Source: Elusimicrobiaceae bacterium
Lineage (GTDB): Bacteria > Elusimicrobiota > Elusimicrobia > Elusimicrobiales > Elusimicrobiaceae
Reading direction: 5' to 3'
NCBI GenBank assembly: GCA_045595305.1
Contig: JAZOAE010000029.1
Coordinates: forward strand, 35,002 to 99,001
Length of the DNA: 64,000 nucleotides
Shown here: positions 28,342 through 36,714 of the stretch, in pieces
Layout of the letters: every line of letters starts with the position of its first letter
Position numbering within the stretch: position 1 is the first letter of the stretch
The notes under the pieces: model-generated
Seen by the model: only the letters and a program-made list of their open reading frames with translations
Databases searched by the model: none
Told to the model about the DNA's origin: nothing
Program-made: the position numbers and the translations under genes

Positions 28342-29172
28342 TTATTCTCTATACAACCCTCGCATCCATTTAATCTCACGTGCGTAGCCGTCTAAATCAT
28401 TGGGGGTTTCTAAACAAAAAGGTAAAGGTCTTAAAGCCGGGTGATTTATCACATTGGCCAATATTTGGGTGCCGATAGTGCCTTTCCCAATGGGGGCATG
28501 GCGGTCTTTGTGAGCTCCTTGCGGATTTAAACTATCATTTAAATGAACCGCTTTCAGTAGTTTTAAACCTACTTGCTTATCAAACTCGGCCAGCGTATCA
28601 TCCAACCTTACAAGGGAATAGCCCGCATCGCTAATGTGACAAGTATCCAGACATACGCCTAATAGTTGGTTGTGTTTAACACCATCTATAATGCATTTTA
28701 ACTCGTCAAATTTTCCGCCGATTTCGCTACCTTTGCCGGACATGGTTTCCAATAAAACTGTAGTATGTTGCTTGGGATCTAAGATTTCATTGAGCGTGTG
28801 AATAATAAGTTCAATGCCCTTTTCTACGCCTTGCCCCACGTGAGAGCCGGGATGGAAATTGTACAGGTTCCCCGGTACATATTCCATACGCCTAAGATCA
28901 TCCGCAAAGGTCATCAAAGCAAAATCACGTGTTTTAGTTTCTGCACTGGCCGGATTTAACGTGTAAGGAGCATGGGCAATGATAGGTGCGAAGTGGTGCT
29001 TTTGCATGAGCGCTACAAGGTTTTTGGCGTCCTGCGGGTCAATATCCTTGGCACGTCCGCCGCGCGGATTACGGGTAAAAAACTGAAACGTATCCGCCCC
29101 TATAGAAAGGGCTGTTTCGCCCATAGCAGTAAAACCATTACTACTTGATAAATGACACCCGATGTGTAGCAT
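28342..29172 (-). CDS. nfo: Endonuclease IV (AP endonuclease)
   Basis: IGCHLS, QFFTRNPR, HAPYTLN, FHPGS, LETMSGKG, CLDTCH, HLNDS, DRHAPIG, LETP. Confidence 0.96.
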   Translation of the reverse strand: MLHIGCHLSSSNGFTAMGETALSIGADTFQFFTRNPRGGRAKDIDPQDAKNLVALMQKHHFAPIIAHAPYTLNPASAETKTRDFALMTFADDLRRMEYVPGNLYNFHPGSHVGQGVEKGIELIIHTLNEILDPKQHTTVLLETMSGKGSEIGGKFDELKCIIDGVKHNQLLGVCLDTCHISDAGYSLVRLDDTLAEFDKQVGLKLLKAVHLNDSLNPQGAHKDRHAPIGKGTIGTQILANVINHPALRPLPFCLETPNDLDGYAREIKWMRGLYRE

Positions 29173-30217
29173 TTTTTCCCTTGGCTAATTTCACCAAATC
29201 AGCTGTTAGCTGTTCTACATCTTCCGCACGGGTGGCCCAACTGGTACAGATACGGATCGCCGTGTGTTTGTGGTCTATACGTTTGATATGTGAAAAAACG
29301 TAGGTCTGTTCCAATTCCGCTAATACATCGTTAGGCAAAATTGGAAATTGCTGGTTGGTGGGAGAGTCGCACAAAAATACCAATCCCGCCTCTTGGCAGG
29401 CCTTTTTGATCAACGCTGCCATATCATTGGCATGTTTTGCCAGTTCCAAATATAAACCGTCTTCAAACAAAGTCGCAAATTGAATGCCTAACAGACGCCC
29501 TTTGGCTAAAATACCGCCTCTTTGTTTCATAGAATAGCGGAAATCTTTTTGCAGTTCAGGGTTAGTGATGACAACAGCTTCCCCCAGGAGCGCCCCTATC
29601 TTAGTACCTCCAATATAGAATACATCACAAAGTGCGGCAAGATCTGCTAGCGTAACGTTATTGCCGGGAGCCGTCAAGCCATATCCCAACCGCGCCCCAT
29701 CTATAAATAAAAACAAGTCATTGTCGTCACATACGCGACGGATATCCTGGAGTTCTTCTTTGGTATAAAGCGTCCCGTACTCGGTAGGGAAAGACAAATA
29801 AACTGTTTTGGGCTGAGGAGAAAATTCCGGGTTTTCATCTTCCCAGTGCTCTTTACAGACACAAGCAATCTGTTCAGCGGTAATTTTCCCATTCGTTTCG
29901 GGCAATGTTTCGATGTGATGCCCAGTAGCTTCAATGGCCCCTGCTTCGTGCACATTAATATGACCGGAAACAGGCGAAATAACACTCTGGTAAGGCCGCA
30001 GACAAGCAGCCAATACCGTCAAATTAGCTTGCGTACCTCCGCTCAAAAAATGCACTTGCGCCTGCGGAGTATTGCACTGCTGCTTGATGAGTTCGGCTGC
30101 TTGCCGGCAATATGGGTCGTTACCGTAACCGCCAGTTTGTTCAAAATTGGCTTGAGTCAATTTTTCTAAAATACGGGGATGCGCCCCTTCGCTGTAGTCA
30201 CAATTAAACCAAATCAT
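29141..30217 (-). CDS. ltaE: Low-specificity L-threonine aldolase (PLP-dependent)
   Basis: FNCDYSEGAHP, GGTQAN, HINVHEAGAIE, DGARLG, YIGGTKIG, RICTSW. Confidence 0.88.
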   Translation of the reverse strand: MIWFNCDYSEGAHPRILEKLTQANFEQTGGYGNDPYCRQAAELIKQQCNTPQAQVHFLSGGTQANLTVLAACLRPYQSVISPVSGHINVHEAGAIEATGHHIETLPETNGKITAEQIACVCKEHWEDENPEFSPQPKTVYLSFPTEYGTLYTKEELQDIRRVCDDNDLFLFIDGARLGYGLTAPGNNVTLADLAALCDVFYIGGTKIGALLGEAVVITNPELQKDFRYSMKQRGGILAKGRLLGIQFATLFEDGLYLELAKHANDMAALIKKACQEAGLVFLCDSPTNQQFPILPNDVLAELEQTYVFSHIKRIDHKHTAIRICTSWATRAEDVEQLTADLVKLAKGKNATHRVSFIK

Positions 30218-30234
30218 AATTTATTCTACCTCTT

Positions 30235-31431
30235 TTAGTAGGTGTTGTCCGTTAGTTCATCGACCAGTTCTGGCAGTTGGCGCGTGGATTTAATGCGTAA
30301 ATCTTCTAACTGCTTGGCGCAAGATACTATGCCTTGCTTTCCGCGTAGAGCTTTATCTGCATCTTCATATGCTTTTTCTAATTGTCCCATGCGATTGTGA
30401 ATTTCTTCCATACGCGCGCTGAATCGCCCGGTTCGCTCCAGCATTTCTTGAGCAGTTTTGAAGATTTTATCTATTAACTTACTACCACGCTCCATACGCC
30501 ATAAGTTATCGGCAATTTGTAATACAGAAACCAAGTTGGAAGCCGTAACAATAGCAATACGATACTTACGTGCCAATTCATTTAAATCCGGTTTAGCCTG
30601 AAGTGCAATAAAATACGCATATTCAATGGGGATAAACATAAACGTAAAGTCTAGTTTTTCATGCGGTAATAATGCGGTGTAATCCTGCGCTGCCAATTCT
30701 TTAATATGCTTTTCAATAGACTGGATATGCTCTTTCAAATATTTTTGTTTTTCCGTTTCATCGGTGGCGGCTTGCCATTGTAAATAGGCGGTCAAGGACA
30801 TTTTGGAATCAATGACAAGATCGCGTTCTTGGGGTAGATGAACAATAAAATCGGGCTGTTTTCGTTCTTTATTTTCAGTTGTAAAAGATACTTGCGTATC
30901 GAATTCAATCCCTTTGCGTAAGCCGGCAGCGGTTAACACATCTTCCAAAATAATTTCGCCCCAAGTTCCCTGCTTTTTCGGACTTTTTAAGGCTTCAGCC
31001 AAATTTTGAGCTTCTTGTGATAAATTCTCATTGAGTTGCAATGTACGCTCAATGGCATTTTGCAAAAGTCCGTGCCGAGCGGTACTTTCCGTGCGTAAAT
31101 CCCCTACTTGTTTGGTAAACTTATCCAGCGTTTCCTTTAAAGGAGAAACCATATCCTTATTTTGGGTAATAAGTTCAGCTTTTTGCTCCTTTAAGGAATC
31201 TGTGGCCAGTTGTTTAAATGTGTTTTTGGCAGCTTCTTGCAAAGCGGTGAATTTTTTGTCCTGCTCGGCCAGTAATTGACGCACAAACTGTTCTTGTCCG
31301 CCGGTGCGTTCCAGGAGACGTGCGTTTTCCAACTCAACTTGTTGTTTTTGAGCAGCGAGTGATTTAATCTTGAGATAAGCCAATAGACCTGCCAAAGCAG
31401 CTCCGGCTACGAACCCGATAAACAGTTGCAT
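30235..31431 (-). CDS. rmuC: DNA recombination protein RmuC
   Basis: N-terminal TM, coiled coil, KQGTWGEIILE, PDFIVHLP, IDSK, FMFIP.E. Confidence 0.93.
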   Translation of the reverse strand: MQLFIGFVAGAALAGLLAYLKIKSLAAQKQQVELENARLLERTGGQEQFVRQLLAEQDKKFTALQEAAKNTFKQLATDSLKEQKAELITQNKDMVSPLKETLDKFTKQVGDLRTESTARHGLLQNAIERTLQLNENLSQEAQNLAEALKSPKKQGTWGEIILEDVLTAAGLRKGIEFDTQVSFTTENKERKQPDFIVHLPQERDLVIDSKMSLTAYLQWQAATDETEKQKYLKEHIQSIEKHIKELAAQDYTALLPHEKLDFTFMFIPIEYAYFIALQAKPDLNELARKYRIAIVTASNLVSVLQIADNLWRMERGSKLIDKIFKTAQEMLERTGRFSARMEEIHNRMGQLEKAYEDADKALRGKQGIVSCAKQLEDLRIKSTRQLPELVDELTDNTY

Positions 31432-31482
31432 AAAAACCTCTTACACACATCTTAACAATTTGCGCTAGGTTAGTTCAACTAA

Positions 31483-31512
31483 ACTACCGCTCAACATACG
31501 TTGAGCGGTAGT
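31483..31512 (-). terminator. 13-bp-stem hairpin after aaxC (probable terminator)
   Basis: actaccgctcaac-atac-gttgagcggtagt; the U-tract is weak. Confidence 0.6.
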
Positions 31513-31533
31513 ATTGCAAAGGTCTTGTAGGGA

Positions 31534-32982
31534 TTATAGTTTAATAAGGCCTCTGCCAAAGGCATAGAGTGCGGCCAATGCTACTATTACCAACAGTGTT
31601 ACTACTGCTTTTTCCGAACCGACAAATATGGGCTTCTTGTCCTTTTTTTGTTTGCGAGCCCATATGAATACAGGGACTCCGCAAGCTAAGAAAATGGCCG
31701 CCAAGAACAGGTATTTTAATCCTGCCGCATACAAGAGCCATATGGCAAATCCGGTACCCAATACAGACGTAGCTAATGCAGAAGCTCGACCGGTTGGAGA
31801 TAATTTGGCAAAATCCCCGTCTTCCACCAGCTTCCATAAGTAAAGAGTACTTGCCAAATATGCAGGTAGCACCATCACTCCGGTAATGGAAAGCATGGTA
31901 TTCCACGCGTTGTTGGAAAAGTATACCAGGAGCATAGCCAATTGCATTAACGCACTAGTCACCCAGAGCGAAACATCCGGGGAGCCTACTTTGTTTTGGT
32001 GAGCAAATACTTTGGGGAAAGTGCCGTTTTCGGCTGCTGCCGCTGGAATTTCGGCTGTAATCATTGTCCAGGCAAGCCACGAAGACAAAACTGCGATCAG
32101 TAATCCGCAGTTCATAAATACGGCTCCCCATGGGCCGACTACTTTTTCAAGTACCCCCGCTGTGGAGGGATTAGCTACGGCAGCGATTTGTTCTTGCGTT
32201 AGGAATCCAAACGGCAAAACCGAAAGCCCCACATAAATGACCAAACATCCCAGAAATCCCAGGAGAGTCGCCTTGCTAACGTCCGATTGGCTTTTGGCCC
32301 GGTTTGAAAGCACTACGGCTCCTTCAATACCAATAAATGACCAAAGCGTTACCAGCATGGTACTTTTTAACTGAGTAGGCAAGTCGCCCAATTTGTGTCC
32401 ACCTTCGGCTAGTTTTCCCAAAAAATTAAAATCAAATTTATCCGCATGGAAAGCGAAGAGTAAAATCACACAAAATGCCAACAGAGGGACTAATTTTCCT
32501 ATCGTACCAATGAGATTTAAAACAGTGGCTTGTTTGATACCGCGCAGCACAATGAAGTTAAATCCCCAAATTAGTACCGATCCGCACGCAATAGAAAGTA
32601 AATTATTTCCTCCGGCAAAATGCGGCGGGAAAAAATAATTGAGTGCATCCATGGTAATGACCGCGTAACCCACGTTGCCAAAAATTTGGCATAGCCAATA
32701 TCCCCAACCAATCGTGAAACCTACGTATGGGCCAAAGCCTTCGCGCGCATACATGTAAATACCAGCTGTTAAATCCGGCTTTACACGTGAGAGCACACTA
32801 AATGTATTGGCAATAAAGTACATTCCAAAGCCTGTAATTACCCACGCTAAGAGTACCGCGGCGGCAGAAGCATTAGCAGCCATATTTTGAGGGAGGGAAA
32901 ATACCCCTCCCCCCACCATGGAACTAATGACAATACTGGCAAGTCCGATAACGCCTAATTTGGCGGCAGTATTTTTTCCCAT
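31534..32982 (-). CDS. aaxC: Arginine/agmatine antiporter (APC family, chlamydial AaxC type)
   Basis: GGGVFSLPQNMA, GIYMYAREGFGPYVGFTIGWGYWLCQIFGNVGYAVITMDALNYFFPP and WSFIGIEGAV closely match chlamydial AaxC as recalled. Third gene of the operon. Confidence 0.88.
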   Translation of the reverse strand: MGKNTAAKLGVIGLASIVISSMVGGGVFSLPQNMAANASAAAVLLAWVITGFGMYFIANTFSVLSRVKPDLTAGIYMYAREGFGPYVGFTIGWGYWLCQIFGNVGYAVITMDALNYFFPPHFAGGNNLLSIACGSVLIWGFNFIVLRGIKQATVLNLIGTIGKLVPLLAFCVILLFAFHADKFDFNFLGKLAEGGHKLGDLPTQLKSTMLVTLWSFIGIEGAVVLSNRAKSQSDVSKATLLGFLGCLVIYVGLSVLPFGFLTQEQIAAVANPSTAGVLEKVVGPWGAVFMNCGLLIAVLSSWLAWTMITAEIPAAAAENGTFPKVFAHQNKVGSPDVSLWVTSALMQLAMLLVYFSNNAWNTMLSITGVMVLPAYLASTLYLWKLVEDGDFAKLSPTGRASALATSVLGTGFAIWLLYAAGLKYLFLAAIFLACGVPVFIWARKQKKDKKPIFVGSEKAVVTLLVIVALAALYAFGRGLIKL

Positions 32983-32992
32983 AGGCGTTCCT

Positions 32993-33592
32993 CTATTTCA
33001 GGTTCACAGGTTGAGCAAACTTAAAGTTCAAAAATCCCATTACCGTCAAACAGTAGGCAAAGGGTTGAGTAATATTGATGTAGTTATGCCAAATTTGAAA
33101 TTCACTGTGTTTTTCCACTCCGCGAATTTCTAATTCGTGCTTGAGAGATTTATTGAGCCACATATGAGCATGCCCTTCGGCAATTTCATCATCGATGGGT
33201 GTGTCAAAATATTCCACATATTCCGCGGCCCAACCGCCGATTAAATTTCCTTTTTTATCTTTGCCCCAACATACGCCGACACCGGTCGCAATTGCTTTAT
33301 GATCTTCGATGCGCGCCCCGTTCCCGGCCATAATTACTTCTAACACGGCTCCGTGTTTAAAGTATTTAGTTACTTGATCTACAGGAACAATGTTGCCATA
33401 TAATTCTTTCGGAAGAACCGAAGTGTAGGGCACGATATTAAAATTTTCTACCTTGGCCTGTAAGAGGGCAGAATCATAGCAGAAAGTTTCAAACGGTTGC
33501 GGCGGGATACCATCAGCTGCTTGGCCGGCTCCGCCGGAAATAAATGCTAACGTAGGGTAGCGAGTCCCTAATATAAGTTCCTTATTTTCCAT
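32993..33592 (-). CDS. aaxB: Pyruvoyl-dependent arginine decarboxylase (chlamydial AaxB type)
   Basis: [36 protein letters not shown]|SVLPKE (autocleavage Thr-Ser), [20 protein letters not shown]. Confidence 0.92.
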   Translation of the reverse strand: MENKELILGTRYPTLAFISGGAGQAADGIPPQPFETFCYDSALLQAKVENFNIVPYTSVLPKELYGNIVPVDQVTKYFKHGAVLEVIMAGNGARIEDHKAIATGVGVCWGKDKKGNLIGGWAAEYVEYFDTPIDDEIAEGHAHMWLNKSLKHELEIRGVEKHSEFQIWHNYINITQPFAYCLTVMGFLNFKFAQPVNLK

Positions 33593-33610
33593 GTTCGTAT
33601 CTCCTTTATG

Positions 33611-34834
33611 TTATAGTTGTACAGTAGTGCGCAATCCCACTACCGTTGCAAATTGTTTGCGTTCATTAAGTCCTGCGCGCGGATACAGTTGCAAATCAGG
33701 TGTAATAGTGATAAGCTTTCCAATCCCCCATACCCACGCAAGTTCGACGGCTGTTTCGCTATTGCGCATATAGTTGGGATATCCTTGACCAGCCGCACTC
33801 AAACGGTTATACGACATCCCTAGCAAAATAGCATCTTGCGAGTTGCGTTTTAACGGATTTAGTAGAGCACCGCCTAACGCATAAGAATTTTTCACGCCCG
33901 TTACGCCGCCGGTAGAGCCGTTCACCCGGCCAAATAGGGCCCATTTTTCCCCGAAATTTTGTTGCATATTAAGCGACCAACCGTTTACATTTTCGGGTTG
34001 TTGCTCGACAGAGGGTTGGTAATAATATAGGGCGCTATATTGTCCCGCACCGATTTTAAACTGCGGCGTCCACGAGATAGAGCCAAACCCCGTATATTTC
34101 CCGCTGAAAGCATCGCCCAATTCAATGTGTTTGCCCGTTACGTTGGTGGCATCTTGGTAACCGGCTGCTACTGTAAAATCTTTCGTTTGCGCCTGTATGT
34201 ATCCCCCGAGTGAAGCAGATGGATAAGCTGAGGTTGCATTTTGGGAAAGCGCAAAGTTCATTAGAGCCGTTTGTTGATTATCCATATAGGTAGTGCCGTC
34301 AAAATTGTAAAGCGGGAATTGTCCCACAGTTACCGATAGCCAATTTAAACTGCCCGGCAGTGTATGCGTGTAAGAAAACTGAGAGAAAAATTCCTGCTTG
34401 CTTGCATAATCGTTAAACGCGGTAGCAGTGTTAATGCGGTCTTGCAAATAGGTGGCTTGGGTTCCCCAATAACGTACAAAAGTGTAGTTTATGTTTAATT
34501 GCCCCGCTCCGAATGTATCATTTTTAAATAAATTCCACGTCAGGTACGGATAATAAACCCCTTGGATAGAAGTTTGTTTGCCATTAGGTGCGGCGCGCTG
34601 GGCCAAATAAGAAATGTCCACCCCTACGTCCAAGCCGATATGTTGCGCGGTTTTTTTGGCATCGGCCCAGGTTTTTTCCAACATATTTTCAGTATCTTCT
34701 AAAACAGCGACCCGGCGGTTTTGCACACGTTGTTCGTGTTTGGCGGGAGAAACGACGTTTTGTGAAAAAGCTGATGTTGATATGGCGACAATCAGCAATA
34801 AGAACAGTCCTGTAGTGCGTGTATGGAATTTCAT
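33611..34834 (-). CDS. aaxA: OprB-family outer-membrane porin (AaxA type)
   Basis: Signal peptide, amphipathic beta-strand pattern, ITITPDLQLY near the C-terminus; first gene before aaxB and aaxC. GAGGAG RBS before ATG 34834. Confidence 0.8.
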   Translation of the reverse strand: MKFHTRTTGLFLLLIVAISTSAFSQNVVSPAKHEQRVQNRRVAVLEDTENMLEKTWADAKKTAQHIGLDVGVDISYLAQRAAPNGKQTSIQGVYYPYLTWNLFKNDTFGAGQLNINYTFVRYWGTQATYLQDRINTATAFNDYASKQEFFSQFSYTHTLPGSLNWLSVTVGQFPLYNFDGTTYMDNQQTALMNFALSQNATSAYPSASLGGYIQAQTKDFTVAAGYQDATNVTGKHIELGDAFSGKYTGFGSISWTPQFKIGAGQYSALYYYQPSVEQQPENVNGWSLNMQQNFGEKWALFGRVNGSTGGVTGVKNSYALGGALLNPLKRNSQDAILLGMSYNRLSAAGQGYPNYMRNSETAVELAWVWGIGKLITITPDLQLYPRAGLNERKQFATVVGLRTTVQL

Positions 34835-34946
34835 AATGCTCCTCTTAAAATAGGAAGATAGAAGAAAAGCGAGGAGCAAAATCTAATCTAAATGTACTAA
34901 ATAAATTGAAAATATGCAAGTGAAATTATACACTTATTTACGAAAC

Positions 34947-34971
34947 AAAAACCACCCAAAGGGGTGTTTTT
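34947..34971. terminator. Hairpin/terminator after the tRNA-Val-derived element
   Basis: aaaaaccaccc-aaag-gggtgttttt. Confidence 0.55.
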
Positions 34972-34977
34972 CAAATT

Positions 34978-35110
34978 TGCCCAGTACAGGAATCGCCTTC
35001 CGGTAAAATTACTGACGGAATTTTCCTGCAGGCCGGGCTCGCGGTACTCACCTTGCGGCTTACAAGTTCGCACGCAAACTCCGTGCATCGCTGCGCCTTT
35101 CAATCCCTGT
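34978..35110 (-). repeat. tRNA-Val 3'-end-derived structured element (T-arm copy with an ~110-nt insert)
   Basis: Minus strand ACAGGGATTG...GATTCCTGTACTGGGCA, compared with the tRNA's ACAGGTTCGATCCCTGTACTGGGCACCA. Confidence 0.65.
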
Positions 35111-35144
35111 CGCACACCAAGCAGTTGGGGTGCTGCTGACCATC

Positions 35145-35172
35145 AAAAAACCCGTCACAAGGACGGGCTTTT
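35145..35172 (-). terminator. Terminator of tRNA-Val
   Basis: Minus strand aaaagcccgtc-cttgt-gacgggtttttt. Confidence 0.8.
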
Positions 35173-35175
35173 AAA

Positions 35176-35250
35176 TGGTGCCCAGTACAGGGATCGAACC
35201 TGTGGCCTTTCCCATGTCAAGGGAACGCGCTACCGCTGCGCCAACTGGGC
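35176..35250 (-). tRNA. tRNA-Val(GAC)
   Basis: GCCCAGTTGGCGCAGCGGTAGCGCGTTCCC-TTGACAT-GGGAAAGGCCACAGGTTCGATCCCTGTACTGGGCACCA; full cloverleaf with encoded CCA. Confidence 0.97.
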
Positions 35251-35404
35251 TTAAATATAGATTTATTATACCATATTTGATTTAAGGAGTGAATTGCAAC
35301 ATGAGGGTTCCTGCATACTTGCTAGATAACATTTTGGCAAACTCGCTGGGAATTTTCTTGTAATTTAGTAAAATAAATACAGAAAATTAAAAAAGGAGAG
35401 CATT

Positions 35405-36058
35405 ATGCGAAAATTTGTTTTAAGTTTATTAGTGGTAATATCAGTAGGTATAGGATGTACGGAAGCACAAATGCAACAGATTACATCTACCTTTTCAACC
35501 AGCCAATATAATGCGCAAACGCGATCTGTGCAACAAACAACTTCCCTTTCTAATACCCAGGCCACAACTGTAGAAGGGGATACTCCTCTTATATTGGCTA
35601 GTCGGCAAGGCGATTTAAAAACCGTTCAAGCTTTATTAGCCAGCGGCGCGGATGTAAATGCAACGAATAGCCAAGGAACTACGGCACTTATGGCCGCCAG
35701 TGAAGCAGGATACGCTGATATTATTAAAGCATTAGGTACTAACAAACAATTGGATCTGGAGGCTACAGACCGAAATTTTGATACGGCTCTTATGCTGGCG
35801 GTACGCAAACAGCAAGAGCCCGCCGTAAAGGCTTTGTTGGATTTAGGAGCTAATGTCAATTTTATGAAAGCAGGCATGTCTGTTCTTATTGCAGCTAGTT
35901 ACCAAGGAAATGCAGAAATTGTGCGGGACTTATTAGATGCTGGGGCCAATGCAGATTGGGTAGATGAAAATAACGAATCCGCGTTGGATGTGGCCGTGAA
36001 TACCAATAAGCCAGCTGTAGCAGCCGTATTGCGAGAATATCAGAATAAAAAAATGTAA
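35405..36058 (+). CDS. Exported ankyrin-repeat protein (possible lipoprotein)
   Basis: Signal peptide ending GIGC. Ankyrin repeats GDTPLILAS, GADVNA...GTTALMAAS, DTALMLAV, GANVN. Confidence 0.9.
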   Translation: MRKFVLSLLVVISVGIGCTEAQMQQITSTFSTSQYNAQTRSVQQTTSLSNTQATTVEGDTPLILASRQGDLKTVQALLASGADVNATNSQGTTALMAASEAGYADIIKALGTNKQLDLEATDRNFDTALMLAVRKQQEPAVKALLDLGANVNFMKAGMSVLIAASYQGNAEIVRDLLDAGANADWVDENNESALDVAVNTNKPAVAAVLREYQNKKM

Positions 36059-36079
36059 AACGAATTCGTATTAAAACAC

Positions 36080-36110
36080 AATCCCCCGTTATATCTCCGG
36101 GGGATTTTTT
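36080..36110 (+). terminator. Intrinsic terminator
   Basis: aatcccccg-(9 nt)-cgggggatt followed by tttt. Confidence 0.75.
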
Positions 36111-36128
36111 GCAGAAAACTTACTTCAA

Positions 36129-36674
36129 TTAGGCTCTTTTATGGTGCAACTTATACCACTGCAGCATAATAACTGTTTTTGCATCGCAGATTTCACCCTT
36201 TTCCAACATTTGATAGGCCTTAGTAAGAGGAAGTTTTTTCAAATTGATAAACTCATCCTCATCTGGACAATCTTTCCCACGCGTTAGCCCAGTAGCCACA
36301 AACAAATGCAATTCTTCATTTGAAAACGCATTGGAAGGGTTAAACATTAACACATGTTTGATGCTTTTGGCGCGCATGCCTGTTTCTTGTTTCAATTCGG
36401 CTCGTGCACAAGCAAGGAATGTTTGGCCTTTTTCGCGTTTGCCCGCTGGTAATTCCAATGTCACGCGACCAACCGGATAGCGATATTGCTGTACTAAGTA
36501 GATATGTTCTCCCTCTACAGGCAATACACCACTAGCCCCTTGATGATCCAAATACAGACGGGTGGCCTTATGTCCATTGACAAGTTTAACGGTATCGAAT
36601 TTGACTCCGACGATGCCTTTAAATAGGGTTTTGCTGGAAATTTTATTTTCTTTTAATTTACTATAATGTTTCAT
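36129..36674 (-). CDS. nudF: Nudix hydrolase, ADP-ribose pyrophosphatase type
   Basis: LVQQYRYPV, Nudix box ELPAGK.....CARAELKQETG, DEDEFI, ICDAKTVI. Confidence 0.85.
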   Translation of the reverse strand: MKHYSKLKENKISSKTLFKGIVGVKFDTVKLVNGHKATRLYLDHQGASGVLPVEGEHIYLVQQYRYPVGRVTLELPAGKREKGQTFLACARAELKQETGMRAKSIKHVLMFNPSNAFSNEELHLFVATGLTRGKDCPDEDEFINLKKLPLTKAYQMLEKGEICDAKTVIMLQWYKLHHKRA

Positions 36675-36714
36675 AGATATATCTTATAACATTTAAACTT
36701 CCTTTAGGTGTTTT

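Noticed and set aside
31440-31533. Distal att site closing an aaxABC island
   Set aside because: No copy of the tRNA-Val 3' end found by eye left of aaxC, so island boundaries cannot be supported.
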